Positions 40,286-54,691 of a stretch of DNA of 64,000 nucleotides are shown in pieces. The notes under the pieces were generated by a model. It saw only the letters and a list, made by a program, of their open reading frames with translations, did no database searches and was not told where the DNA came from. The first letter of the stretch is position 1. Every line of letters begins with the position of its first letter. A program made the position numbers and the translations under genes. The stretch spans positions 15,943 through 79,942 of the forward strand of contig NW_021831833.1 of NCBI RefSeq assembly GCF_006345805.1, given 5' to 3'. The stretch is from Octopus sinensis. Taxonomy: Eukaryota.

Positions 40286-40474
40286 ATATACGTATACGTA
40301 TAGTTGTAAGTATGTACATATACTTATGTATAAAAAAATATCTATACATAGATCTACAGCTATCTGCGTCTAACTCTCTATTCATCTATATATCAATCGA
40401 TCTGTGTGTGTGTGTGCATATGTGTGCATGTATACATACATACATACATACATACATACATACATAATACATAC

Positions 40475-40506
<32 letters not shown>

Positions 40507-40917
40507 GTTGTGTGTGTGTGTGTGTGTGTGTGTGCGTACGCATATTAGCAATTGATTGAACAATAATACTCTTTGTTGATTCTTCGCTATCTGTATTTAT
40601 CTTGTTAAAGATTTCCTAAACGATGATAACCTGCTGATACCTTTTTGTCTATAGATGTGATATGTCTTGACTAGAAGCGGAAATCAATCTGTTACACTAT
40701 TTCTATGTTAAGCCACATACTCCACGTGTTCTGATAGACTTTTCTGATAGTGAGAGAAGACATTGGTTCTCGAAGACAGTTTAACAGTTCTTCAAATTTC
40801 ATTCTGTTGATGGTGGCATTGCGTAACCGCATGTGGCTGCATTGTTTGCCAGAATGCTGTCTATGTTTACAACTCAGAGTTCTTCATGTAAAGTAGAGTC
40901 ATTTGGTTAGTAGTTAT

Positions 40918-41236
40918 ATATAGCACTCCGTCGTTTTCGACGATGAGGGTTCTAGTTGATCTGCTCACCGGAACAACCTGCTCGAGAAATTAACCTGCAT
41001 GTGGCTGAGTACTCACCAGACACGTATACCCTTAACGTAGTTCTCAGGGTGAATCATTGTGAGACTGAAAAGTGACAAAGCTGGTACTTTGAAATACAGG
41101 TACTACTCATCTTGCCAGCTGAGTGGAATGGATCAACGTGAAATAAAGTGTCTTGCGAAAGGACACAGCGCGTCGCCTGGAATTGAACTCACAACCTTAC
41201 GAATATCCCAACGATTAAGCCAATTAATGTGCCCTC
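40918..41236 (-). mobile_element. Degenerate SINE (head related to family C)
   Basis: CGTGAAATAAAGTGTCTTGC..GGACACA..GGAATTGAACTCACAACC is the reverse complement of a family C-like head. Confidence 0.65.
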
Positions 41237-41574
41237 AGTTATGCACACACACAAACACATACGTATTATCTGATACTTAAAACCTCTGCAATAGTTGAGC
41301 AAACCTTTATCAAAGGCGTTCTGGTTACGGTCAGCTCATCTTTTAATAAAATATACGCATCCAAGGACTAAGATATGACCCAATATATTCTACGTTTTAC
41401 TTCTTTTTTCAGAGATACCTGGGATTACTTTAAGGGATATTTGTCTACTTTTTCGAACTATCCAAATTTTTCTATCTCTGTCTTTCCTACCCTCTCTCCT
41501 TTTCTCTCGCTCTCTATGCACACACACCTACATACATACATGCATGCGTAATACATACGTGAATATATATATAT

Positions 41575-41621
<47 letters not shown>

Positions 41622-41647
41622 TATATATACATTATATATATATATTA

Positions 41648-41870
41648 TTCTTTTATTCATCTATTGTTTTTTTCTTCCAGTCATTTGACTGCGGCCATTC
41701 TGGGACACCGCTTTTTAGTCGAACAAATCGACCCCAGGACTTATTCTTTATAAGCTTAGTATTTATTCTATCGGTCTCTTTTCCCGAACCGCTAAGTTAC
41801 GGGGAAGTAAACATACTAACATCGGTTGTCAAGCGATGATGGGGCAGAAACACAGACACACAAATACACA
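41648..41870 (-). mobile_element. SINE family B, 3' half
   Basis: Colinear with 35013-35220. Confidence 0.85.
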
Positions 41871-41877
41871 CACTCAC

Positions 41878-41934
<57 letters not shown>

Positions 41935-41937
<3 letters not shown>

Positions 41938-42183
41938 TAACCACATAAATGCAAAACAAGGTGGAAAAAATAGTACTGGAATCCCGAAGGTAGAGAATTA
42001 TGCTTTTTTTTATTATTATAACTGCAAAAACATCCCAAAATTGTTACTCAGAGTTTCAATTTCATTTCCTCGTACAGTTGTGATGAAGAATGGAATAAAA
42101 TTGTATTTCAATCTTGATCACAACTTTCCCACGAACGGAAACATGGAACAGTTTGTGATGTTTTTGCAGGTTTAATAAAAAGC
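41935..42183. mobile_element. Degenerate PLE-like inverted terminus with hammerhead remnant (42039-42079, minus)
   Basis: Imperfect inverted repeat 42002-42088 / 42112-42183; minus strand AACTGT-ACGA..GAAA-CTC-T-GAG-TA-ACAATT. Confidence 0.55.
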
Positions 42184-42359
42184 GCGCGAATGCACACACG
42201 CACCACACACACACACACACATGCATACACTATTCATCAATAATTCATCTCTGTTTTTATTTATCTCTTTCACACACGCGCACACACCACAAACACACAT
42301 ATTTACGCTACTTACCTGTGTTTATTCTTCTGTCTATCTGTCGTAGTTGTAGGAGTGGC

Positions 42360-42557
42360 TGTTTCTAATTCAGGTACAAGGGCCAGCACGTAAGAGGGAA
42401 GAGGCTGTTCGCCACCGTCTACCATAGCACTTGACAGATACTTTATTTTATAAAGCCCAGACAGATGAAACTCAGAGCTGACAGGCTTGAACTCAGAACG
42501 TTAAGAGCCGTGACAAATATCGCATTGCAATCTTCCGGAACTCCAGCATTTCTGCTA
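42360..42557 (-). mobile_element. Degenerate SINE family A
   Basis: TTGAACTCAGAACGT and TCAGGTACAAGG..CCAGCA reverse-complement motifs. Confidence 0.55.
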
Positions 42558-42583
42558 ATCAAAGACTTTCGAGACGACGACGG

Positions 42584-42599
42584 CTATGATGATGACGAC

Positions 42600-42646
<47 letters not shown>

Positions 42647-42689
42647 CGATGATGACGACGATGATGACGATGACGAGGATGATGATGAT

Positions 42690-42724
<35 letters not shown>

Positions 42725-42808
42725 AATGACGATGATGATGATGACGATGATGATGATGATGATGATGATGACGATGATGACGATGATGACGACGATGATG
42801 ACGATGAC

Positions 42809-42855
<47 letters not shown>

Positions 42856-42934
42856 CGATGATGATGATGACGATGATGATGATGATGATGATGATGACGA
42901 TGATGACGATGATGACGACGATGATGACGATGAC

Positions 42935-42967
<33 letters not shown>

Positions 42968-43146
42968 AATGACGATGATGACGATGATGATGATGATGAT
43001 GATGATGACGATGACGATGATGATGATGATTATGATGGCGACGACGACGACGACGACGACGATGATGATAATGATGATGATGATGATGGTGGTGAAGGTG
43101 GTGGTGGTGGTGGTGGTGGTGGTGCGGTTGTGGTGGTGGTGGTGGT
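42584..43146. repeat. (GAT/GAC)n compound microsatellite grading into (GGT)n
   Basis: Direct reading. Confidence 0.97.
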
Positions 43147-43601
43147 AATGCTGGTTGCTGAAGTGTCGAGGGAGAAGGACGATGTCATGTAGAATGATCA
43201 TGTTTTTAAATGATCACGGTTATTCACATTTGTGAGCAGTCCTTTGTATTTGAATTGACCCTAATACATGATTGGTTTCCTATTTTGTGGATTCCCGCAA
43301 AGAAAAGAGAGAAGGCTCTGGCTGCGTCTCGATCCTATATTGTGCATGGTTAACATCGTCATTACCTACTTATTCAGGAACCAATTCTTAAGACTTTATT
43401 GAAGATGTCCGGAACTATCTTAGAATCATAAAAATATAATCTAGTTTCCATATATTTCGTCTAACTTCCTAAATTTCAACATCTTACCTTACAGATTAAA
43501 TTATGTCGTAAACATATAGCTCTACCTGTCTCAGATAATTAGAATTCAAACATTTTGCTGTATGATATAGCCATTTGATCATATACATCGAATATCATAC
43601 A

Positions 43602-43648
<47 letters not shown>

Positions 43649-44097
43649 TTAGACACTACATAGAGACGCAGTAATTCAGACATGTGTGTGTGTGTATGTA
43701 TACACTATACACACATTAGAAACTGATATAATTATACATGACTAAAATGCCAATAGTATTTTAATAATTGACATATCAATACTGAGTGAAGTATATTACA
43801 ATGCTGACGTCAGCTGAGAAGCCACTAAACAGCTCTGAATTAGCAATTACATTAAAATCCATTCTTGTATGTTAGTAATGTGTCCATTATTGTATCTGAA
43901 AGTTGGTACAACTGGAATTATATGCTATCACTTTGGTATAGATGCTGACATGTTTCCCACTGGCCACAAATATGTAACGGAAGGAGTATATAAAACGGGA
44001 GTATTTAGCAGCAAGAATTCATAACATGCGGAATATATATCTACAAGAGTATATAACGAGATTACGTAAGACAGGTTTTATAACAAAAGTATTAACA

Positions 44098-44281
44098 GTC
44101 GCAGGAGTGGTTGTGTGGTAAGTAGCTTGTTTACAAACCACATGGTTCCGGGTTCAGTCCCACTGCGTGGCACCTTGGGCAAGTGTCTTCTACTATAGCC
44201 TCGGGCCGACCAAAGCCTAGTGAGTGGATTTGGTAGACGGAAACTGAAAGAATCCCGTCGTATATATGCATAATATATATA

Positions 44282-44315
<34 letters not shown>

Positions 44316-44784
44316 AATAAAAATGGAGTTAACGCAGGTTTAAACCAGTATTTTTACTTTCTACATATGTTTCAAAAATTCCACTGATACTTATTCAAAA
44401 GATAAAAGGTATAAACAATGCAATCTTCTCTTCGGGAAAGTGAAAAAACGAAACTTGTCATTTTGCTAAAATGTCGTATTGACAAGTTTCGTTTTTTCAC
44501 TTCCCGAAGAGAAGATTGCATGTTTTACCTTTTATTCTTTTGAATAAGTATCAGTGGAATTTTTGAAACATATGTAGAAAGTAAAAATACTTGTTTAAAC
44601 CTGCGTTAACTCCATTTTTTATTCATATTATTCAAATATCAACGTAAATACGAAGTTTCAACCTTTATAAACAAGGAGTTACAACATCTTTACTTCTGAG
44701 ATTTTTGCTGCCCTGGTAACTATTCATTCATTTATCCGTGTTAATTGTTAACAAGGTAAAATACACTCATCTATTTATAATACT

Positions 44785-44825
<41 letters not shown>

Positions 44826-45064
44826 GTTTGTGTATGTGTGTGTGCGTGTGTGTGTGTGTGTGCGTGTGTGCGTTTGTGTGTCTGTGTTTGCCACCCCAAC
44901 ATCGCTTGACAACCGATGCTGGTGTGTTTACGTCCCCGTAACTTAGCGGTTCGGCAAAAGAGACCGATACAATAAGTCCTGGGGTCGATTTGCTCGATTA
45001 AAAGCAATGCTCCTGCATGGCCGCAGTCAAATGACTGAAACAAGTAAAAGAGTAAAGAGTAAAG
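44098..45064 (+). mobile_element. SINE family B with 21-bp TSD, carrying a nested insertion in its internal (TA)n
   Basis: AGGTTTTATAACAAAAGTATT at 44073-44093 and 45065-45085. Confidence 0.9.
44311..44785. mobile_element. PLE-like inverted terminal structure with two hammerheads (44356-44441 minus, 44499-44582 plus)
   Basis: About 150-bp arms 44311-44460 / 44480-44628; ACTT(T)C-CCGAAGA..GAAA-CATATG-TA-GAAAGT in each arm. Confidence 0.78.
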
Positions 45065-45279
45065 AGGTTTTATAACAAAAGTATTCACCAACAGTAGTAT
45101 ATAATCAGAAGGATAATGTAAGAATAGGACTGTGCAAAAACAGTATATAAACAACAAGACTACATACTCAGAGAGGTGTATAAATAACTAGATGAATATA
45201 ATAACATAGGTATCTCAGAGTACTGACATACAGAACAAATAGTAACCACGACGCTAAACAAAGTACATTACAACATCAC

Positions 45280-46063
45280 TGAAGTTCCGGAATCCTAAGA
45301 ACAAACATCACGAAGCACCTATCAAATGCATTAAGAATAGGGAAAGAAGATCACTCTCAGGTCATGCAAATGAAATAGGGTCTACTTGATAGTATGTTGA
45401 AGAGAAATTTAACAAAATGTGAATCGATAAAATTTATGCGGTTTGTAGAGAGACCATAAACCAGCAAGATATCCTATATCATTAAAAACATTGTGCCATT
45501 ATGAAGCAAACTAATCACGCATTAGAGATAATTACACGCTAAATAAATGTAGATGTAACGCGTATGAACAGGTAATGTACGTCAGAATGTATGTAATATC
45601 AAAAACTGTCGGTGTCGAATTCTTTGAATCTAGAGGAAAACATAGAACTGAATGAATGTTGAAATTTAAATAAATACAGCAGGAAATTAGCGGAAAGAGG
45701 AACGATACTGCAATAATACGTGCGTAGTGAAAAACAAAAAACATGAAAATATCAGCCATGGAAATAGGAATGTTGTGTTGGAGTGTTATGATTAAGGATG
45801 AACAAGTATTCAAAAGAACGAAATAAAGATTACCTCAACAGGTGAAAGCCAAAATATTGAAGAATGCATAGTCTTGAGAAAAGAATCTTGTAATTAAAAA
45901 AATAATAAAAAAAAAGTTCCGAGATGATCTTTACATGAAATTTAACAAAAGTTCTTCACGTGGAATTAAATAACAAAACTATAATGTTGAGAATCATGAA
46001 CGGGAATGATATATAGAATACGACTGAAGAAAAATAAGGGAAGTTGAAAAAGAAAGCAAAACA

Positions 46064-46122
<59 letters not shown>

Positions 46123-46194
46123 TATATGTGTGTGGTATGTATTTATGTATGTATTATGTATGTATGTATGTACGTATGTATGTATGTATGTATG

Positions 46195-46229
<35 letters not shown>

Positions 46230-48870
46230 GAAACAAAGGGAAAAAACCAATGAAGCAAAATAACAGATCAAACCATGTATAGCCACAGGGTAAACAGATA
46301 TAACACCTCTTCTATTCTGTTTATCTCTTGTACTATTAAGTATATGCCTAAATTCTAGAGGAAATATTTACTGGTTTGGTAGGACAGCGTAAAAAAACTA
46401 TAGAGATCCAAAAATCAATATGGGGTTTTGGGTTGGAGAATGTGCCAAGCACAACTTTAAATGAAACATTCAGAGTTAATAAATACTGACACTGACATCA
46501 AACATGAGCTAGAAAGAAGAAATATTATTAGAGTGAGGTTGAAGGTGGAGAAATACAACAGAACTAAATGAAAGTGTGTGATTTTAAATTAAAATATCTA
46601 ACAAAGAAGACGCTAAAAAGTGAACTTGATTCAAAATATATGATGGAAGTCACAATCTCTCTGGTTGTCTTGGCGATAGATACAAAATGATGAACTGGGA
46701 TACATTAGGCAACAAGGAAAGTACTAGCAAAATTCAAATTTGCATCCATCAAACGTTGACTGCTACGCCATATTTGAATTCCTGAATATAATGGATTAAG
46801 GATATTACACAAAAATTAGGAATGGTTTACAGAGCCTGGGTATGGGTTGGACTCGTACTAGCTTCCCAACCAAATGGTTTCGGGTTCGGACCCACTGTGT
46901 GACATTTAGATGTCTTCTAAGATCACGAGACAACCAAAGCATTTGTGAGTGGATTTCGTGGACAGAAACTGAAAGAAGCCTGTCATACGTGCACAGACGT
47001 GCGTGTGTTTGTGTCTGTATCTGTCCCCCGGTTTATTTATGTCCCCGTAACTTAGCGATTTGGCAAAAGAACCGATAAAATAAGTACCAGGCTTTAAAAA
47101 CTGCTCTGGAGTCGATTCGTTCAACTAAAATTTAAGGCGGTGCCTCACCATGACCGCAGTTTAATAAGTGAAACGAGTAAAAAGTAAGATAAAGAAAATA
47201 GTTCGCATTCAATGCATAACATTCTCAGAAATATACGTCACGTGTCTTTACTTATTTCTTGCCCGGATACAATCCCCCCAGAAGTACACTTTGTGGTTAA
47301 AGTTCCTGGACGTTTGAATGATACTGAAGGAAGAGAGCGACTTTGTGTGGACTTCAGATAACTTCATATAATTTGGCTGTTTGTAAAGTTTCCATGGGGT
47401 GGCTGTTTATATCTGACAGATCTATCAGGTTCAGTTGTTGTGTAATAATCAAAGAAAATTTTCTTCTCATCACTGCACTTGGGCTTTATCACAGATTTTT
47501 TCTTGGAGTAAATGAAATACTGAAAGTTCTTCACAATGAATCTGTCGTCGTGGACTGAAATAAATGAAATTGTAAAATTAATACGTTTCTCATTTAGTTC
47601 CATCCCTAACCCGATTGGACTGTTGTGTTGTTACTGATGAGATTTAATGTATGTGAATGTATGGTTTGTACAGCGGCTGTTAAAGGAAGTCTCGAAGAGT
47701 CCTCTAATAATTTAGCTTGCTCTAAATTTTCATCGAGAATAATTCCATCGGTTCGGTAAACAATTGCTCCGGGTCAACATTCAGAGATTTAACAATTGCA
47801 TAGTTTGATGCATCGGAGATTATCTTCCTTTTCTTATTGGTCGAGAGCTGGTTATCGTATTGTTGTTGTGAGCTAGAGTGGCTTACGTAAGTTCTGTGCT
47901 GACGATCGCTAACCGCTCAGCATAATTTAGCTTGGATATTTATAAGAAATGTAACCCACTTTAAAGTTTTGATCACTAAAACCGTGTTCCCATGTTGCTA
48001 GTAAAGGACCAAATAAACCTGATTTAACAAACTACAAGGTCTCATTTGATTTTAAATATCCCAACTAAAGGGAAATTCTAGGTTTTATTTGTTTATTTTT
48101 TTTTGTTTTAGAATTAGTTTCTCTCAATTAAGCAATACCAGAAATATATACTTTAAGTGATTCAACAAATTTTGATGAGAACCTCGCCCATGTCTTCATT
48201 TGATTCCTTACATGGGACACCAGAATAAATCTGAAGATATGATCAAGTCTAGTGACCATCAAGAATCTACAACATCGTAAGGAACGAAGCTAAAGCAATT
48301 TTTAAATATAACTATCAAACACGATGTTTTGTGGACATAAGAAGTCTCCCTGAAATTATGGAATCAATGAGAACTGTGTAATTTGATAAAAACAGGAAAT
48401 TGACATCTATATGAACATTCAATGTACAAAATTCAGATGATAGCACTGCAGTAAGATGCCTATATCCATTTTAATGTACAGCCAGAAAAATAATGAAAGT
48501 TTATGTGAATGGCGCCGGTCTGTCGAACTAACAAACGAACTAACTCGAATGAATGTGATCGGAGTTCCATCGAAAATTCCCGATTATGTGAGTAAAATAT
48601 GCCCCCATGAAAAATTAAAAGTGTCGATAAAAGCATCGACAACACAAGCATTCTTGTAATCGTTGCTAGGATCGAAAAGAAGAGATGTTAAGGGCTACTA
48701 CCGAGAATCGGTTAGCGCTAGGAGAATCTCATTTAGTACCTGTCAAAGTGTTACGAATCGGATGTCATCCCGTGCTACAAGGACAGTAATGGGGCTCCAA
48801 GCTCAGTCTTTTCTTACCAGCCACGTTATGTCGAAAGGTTTACAATCATAGATCAAGACTATAGTCACAC
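45280..48870 (+). mobile_element. Very decayed R4/Dong-like LINE, interrupted by microsatellite, SINE and another relic
   Basis: Scattered residual peptides (RKVLAKFK..HPSNVD, NVIGVP..SLLGSK); ends before the (GAT)/(TAA) tract at about 48880. Confidence 0.35.
46832..47190 (+). mobile_element. Degenerate SINE family B
   Basis: GTGAGTGGATTT..GAAACTGAAAGAAGCC..GTCCCCGTAACTTAGCG. Confidence 0.8.
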
Positions 48871-48887
48871 AAATGATATTAATAATA

Positions 48888-48928
<41 letters not shown>

Positions 48929-48935
48929 AATAATA

Positions 48936-48968
<33 letters not shown>

Positions 48969-48970
48969 TG

Positions 48971-49053
<83 letters not shown>

Positions 49054-49445
49054 TAATAATAATAATAATGAGAACTAGCATTATCACAACGTCATATATC
49101 AGTGGGTGGAGTATAATTCACTGAATCCCGCTCTACCTCCAGTACTTCAGTTGTTATTTCATTGAACCTGGTGGGACAAAAGGTAAAGTTGATCTCCATG
49201 GAATTCGAACACACAATGTAAGGATTTCTGACAGACACAAAACACATGTGCTTTTTTATTACCATTGCGTGTATGCTACATAATATGTGCAGTGCCAAGA
49301 AGTGCTGCACTTTGTTATTGTTGAGAAGGAATTGAAAGTCCTTAGGGCTTGTTTATCTATTTATCTCCATCTTTTTTTCGCATTCCCAAGACACCTATTA
49401 TTTAAATGAATTGTTTCTGCTTCCAATTCCACGCCACAATTATTG

Positions 49446-49505
<60 letters not shown>

Positions 49506-49631
49506 CCATCGCCATTGTCATCGTCGTCATCATTATCATCATCATCGTCGTCGTCGTCATCGTCATTGTCATCGTCATCATCGTCATCATCGTCATCATC
49601 GTCATCGTCATCAGCATCATCATCGTCATCA

Positions 49632-49846
49632 AGGCAGTGTGCGAGCCGGCTGAATCATTAGCATGCCGGACCAAATGCTTAGCGTCATTTCATCTGTCTT
49701 TTCGTTCCGAACTGAAATGCCGCCGGGGTCGACTTTGTATTTCATCCTTTTGGGGTCGATAAATTAAGTACCAGTTACACACTGGTGTCGATGTAATCGA
49801 CTGGTAATCGACCAAAACAATTCAGGGCTTGTGTCCTTAGTAGAAA
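49632..49846 (+). mobile_element. SINE family A
   Basis: Core GGTCGACTTTG..TCATCCTTTTGGGGTCGATAAATTAAGTACCAGTT. Confidence 0.8.
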
Positions 49847-49852
49847 TTATTA

Positions 49853-49915
<63 letters not shown>

Positions 49916-50039
49916 CATTATTATTATTATTATTATTATTAGCGCGTCAGAGAAAATGCTAAGTATCATTGCTTCTAGATCTTTACGTTCTGAGTTCAAA
50001 TATCGGCAAAGTCAACCTTGGCCTTCATGAATAATAACA

Positions 50040-50247
50040 ATGGCTTAAAATGTTGCTACAAGAGCAGCAATTTGGTGGGGAGGGTGTGAGCCGATTACAT
50101 CGATCTCAGTGTTCAACTGGTACTTACCCCGCAAAGATGTTTGGCAAATTCGACATCGGCGGAATTTGAACTCACAACGTAAAGATGGACGAAATACCGC
50201 TAAGCATTTTGCCCGGCATTGTGACGATTCTGCCAACTCGTTGCCTT
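50040..50247 (-). mobile_element. SINE family A
   Basis: GGAATTTGAACTCACAACGT..GAAATACCGCTAAGCATTTTGCCCGG. Confidence 0.8.
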
Positions 50248-50314
50248 GATGATGATGATGATGATGATGAAAATAATAAAAATAATAATAATGATGATGA
50301 TGATGATGATGATG

Positions 50315-50361
<47 letters not shown>

Positions 50362-50544
50362 AATAGTAATAATAATAATGGCCTACCAATGTATACAGAG
50401 AGTTTCTTTACCCTAGGTGTCGGGAAGAAATTGAAACAAAATTGAAAGAAGAAAAAAACATCCTTTCTACTAAAGGCCCAACGCCTAATAATAACAATAT
50501 AATTATCGTCGACGTCGTCGTCATCATCGTTGTTGTCATTATTC

Positions 50545-50752
50545 TCCCTACTATAGACCTGAAATTTTGTTTGGAAGACAAACTCGATTACATCAGCTCC
50601 CCTACTTGACTGATACTCCATTTTATTGACCCAGGATAAATGAACGGCAACCTAGATCCCGGTGGAATTTGAAGCTAAAATGTAATGAGTCAGAAGAAAT
50701 GCTATAAGTCACTTTGTCTGATGTCCAATCAATTCTGCTAGTTTGTTACCTC
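50545..50752 (-). mobile_element. Degenerate SINE family A
   Basis: GACCTGAAATTTTG..CGATTACATC..GGTGGAATTTGAA. Confidence 0.6.
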
Positions 50753-51756
50753 AAGAATGATGATAGTAATAGTAATAGTAATAATATCTAGATTGGCACA
50801 AAATTTCTAATATTTTGAAATTTTGGTAGCAGGTAAGCATAAAACCACTAATATTAGAAAAGGGAATTGAAGATTCCTCACGGAGTCTGTTGGTTCTTTA
50901 TGCACCTTCTTTCATTCTCTCTGTAAGACATTAACTAAAATTCTATATAAGAATTTGTATGAAGTTAAAAAATATATATTTTTATTCATAAAGTCTTTGA
51001 AATATCAAACCGCCCATTGATAAAAAAAATACTGATGTTGTGAGGTTCATTCATTTGGTAGGAATTTTTAGTAACGAATTTTAGGAAGAGTGGAAGACGA
51101 AATAGGTTTTGTGGAGAGGTGTAAAGATGTGTTTAAGATGTGTAGGCTAAAACAGCGTCTTGGAAATTTACCGAAGGAAACAATGGTGGAAGCTAAGAAA
51201 AAGAAATAAAACATAAAAAAAGCAAAATATAAAAAGTAAAAAAAAAAAAAAAATAAATAAAAGGTTTTTCGGAATGAGAGAAAATAGAATAAGAAAAAAG
51301 AAAGAATAAAGAGCGAGGAAAAAGGTATATTAGCAATGTAAGAGGCTGGGAAAAATAATGTGGAAATAAAATCGATGGAAGCAAGAGGAATGTGAATGTT
51401 AAAAGGTTTAGGGATAAAATATCTATGGCAAGAGAGGACAGCAGTGGACAGTAAGGCGACTAGCATTGATATCAGATGAAATGGTTGGAATGGAACGAGG
51501 CTAGCTAAAGAGTATGTGATGTGGGCAGGCGGCAGGACGGTGGACGGTGGACATAGCGGTGTGGTGGTGGAGGGAGTGTGTATGTCAGTTGACATCCAGT
51601 AAGACATTGGAAAAGATGAAGTTGATGAAGATAAAGATGGAGCTGATGGTGAAGATGAAATAACGAAAAGCGAAGAAAGACAAAAAACAAAATGATAATA
51701 ACAATAATAATAAGAAAAAGAATGATGATGATAATGATGATGATGATAATAATAAT

Positions 51757-51820
<64 letters not shown>

Positions 51821-51900
51821 GGAAAGCAAAAAAAAAATTTTTAATACTACGAGGGTGACGATGGCACAGGCGAAAACCAACGACGGAGACAATGTCTACT

Positions 51901-51936
<36 letters not shown>

Positions 51937-52514
51937 GTGACGATGATGATGATGATGGTGACGATGATGAAATATTAATGAGGAAACGAAAAAAGTATTC
52001 TTGTTATTTTACGAGGCGGTGTGAGTGATAGTGGTGGGTAGTAGTACTGTTGTTGTCAGTCGTGAAGTCAGTGGTGGTAGTGGTGTTAGTTGGATTGGTG
52101 TAAGTAGTAGCAATAGTGGTGGTGTTAGTGGTAGAAAATGGTGGTTGTGTTAGGAGTGGGGGTTGTATTGGTAGTAAAAGTGTTGGAAAACGAAGTCATT
52201 TGGTGTGATAAACAGGTGGATCAATGCTGTGCTGTTTGGGCATACATGGATATGACATTAGCATTAATATATGTGTGTATGCGTGTATGTATGTATGTAT
52301 GTATGTATGTATGTATGTATGTATGCACGTATGTATGTATGTATGCATGTACGTATGTATGTATGCATGCATGCATGTATGTATGTATGTATGTATGTAT
52401 GTATGTATGTATGCATGTATGTATGCATGTACGTATTTATGTATGTATGCATGTATATATGTACGTAGGTGTATGTATATATATATGCATAAATATATGT
52501 ATATATATATGTAT

Positions 52515-52565
<51 letters not shown>

Positions 52566-53087
52566 AATATGTATATATATATATGTATATATGTATATAT
52601 ATATATATATATATATGTATATACTATGTTTTGTATATCATATATATGAATGTATATGCATGTGAATGTGTGTGTGTGTGTGTGTGTGTATGTACATAGA
52701 AAAGAAACAGGAATATCTTAAGTACAGAGATACATGGAAAACAAGCGAGAGAGGAAAACACAGAGAGAGAGAGAGAGAAAGAAAAACACAGAGAGAGAAA
52801 GATAAGTAAAGAGATAGATAAACAGAGAGAGAGTGAGAGAGAGAGAGAGAGTTGGGGGGGGAGAAGGCTTGGACAGCGAAGATGGTGTAGAGGTGTAGAG
52901 GTGCAGATAATTCGTTGGATTACAGAGTGGAAGAAAATATAAATAGCTACAAAGGGAAAGAACTTGAGATTACAAGGGAGACACGGGGATCCAAAATGAA
53001 AGGGAAAAGAAATAGAAAAACAAGGGGAGGAAATTACGTACATATATACATACGTATATTCACATATACATACACCACACATATGTT

Positions 53088-53193
<106 letters not shown>

Positions 53194-54299
53194 TGCATAT
53201 ATATATATATATATGCATATATATACATACATACACACAAATATGTGCATATATACATAAGGAGAAAGTGAGAGTGGACAAGGAAGGGAATGGGGAAAGA
53301 AAATAGATAATTAGATAGATAGGCAGACGGAATAGAAAGGGGAAGAGCAGTTGCAAAGGCCTGGCAAAAATCGGATGACTAGTAGTGGACAACAATGCCA
53401 AATGATTTTTGAAAAAATGAAGGAGGAAAAAATTGTGCAGAAAGGTAAGGGAGAGGGAGAAATGAGTGGTCAAGGGAGAGAAAAATGAAACCAAAAATGG
53501 CGGTTATTAGAAGACGAATGACGTAAATGGAGATTTGGAGAAGGAAGGGGGAGAAATTCATGAGTAAGTGTATGTCCGCACGTTATGTGTACATATGTGT
53601 ATGTATGGCCTTCGTTAGATTTTATATCTCTGTGATATTCCGCATGTATGCATTTATGTATCCACGCCTGTCTATTTGTCTATATGTATGTATGTATGCA
53701 TGCATGTATTTATGTATGTATGTATGTGTAAGTATTTGCAAGTGGCTATGTATATATGTAAGCGTGCGTGTTGTCAGTAGGAAGCTAAACGCAATGTTCC
53801 AGAACTTTCTCACGTGGAAAAAAAATGAAACAAAAAAATAATAAGAAAGAAATAGCGAACGATAAAGAAAAAAAAAAAAAAGATAGAAATAAAATGTGAG
53901 AGAAAGAAGGAAGAAAATGAAAGACAAAGAAAGAAGGATTGAAAGTAAGAAAAGACGATATTTTGAACGAAATAGAAAAACAAAACCCCCACAAAAAAAA
54001 AAGATTATTGGGAAGGGAAAAACATTTTTTTTTTTTTGCTGAAGATGAAGAAGAGTAAATTGAGCGAGTAGTCCAGTGGAGAGAATGATGGTGTATAGGG
54101 ATCTAAAACACGAAGATGATGATGATGATGATGATGATGACGACGACGATGATGATGGCGAAGGAGAGGGAGATAGTAGTGGTGATGATGATACTGGACA
54201 TGGTGATGAGGGACGTGGTGTGGGGGAGGTTTCGGACGTAGCAGCGGTGACATATGAAGGGAGAAGAAAGAAATAAAGGTTTGATAAGAAACGAATGTT

Positions 54300-54338
<39 letters not shown>

Positions 54339-54658
54339 ATAGCAGCAATGGTAGTAGTAGTAGTAGTATAGTAGTAGTGGATTTAGAGTTTGAAGATAGA
54401 TATTCAGACAATGGTAAGCAAAATAATGCAAGAAGAAAAGGTGCGAGGAAGGTAGGTGGGCAGGTAGGAAGGTAGGTAGGTCGGTGGGCAGGTAGGTAGG
54501 TATGTAGGTAGGTAGGTAGGTGGGTGGGTAGGTTTGTAGGTAGAGAGGTAGAGCTATGGGCTGAGAAAGCAAGATTAACACGAATATGGGAGGTGAGAAG
54601 AAACAAAACAATATATGTGTGTATGTATGCATGCATGTATGTATATATGTATGTATAC

Positions 54659-54691
<33 letters not shown>

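Noticed and set aside
43255-43390. Possible minus-strand hammerhead (ATGACGA..CGAGAC and ATTGGTT..GAAACCAAT)
   Set aside because: Core is mutated at several positions and the spacing is inconsistent.
47220-47960. Possible I/Ingi-like LINE relic on the minus strand
   Set aside because: No diagnostic motif readable; left unannotated.
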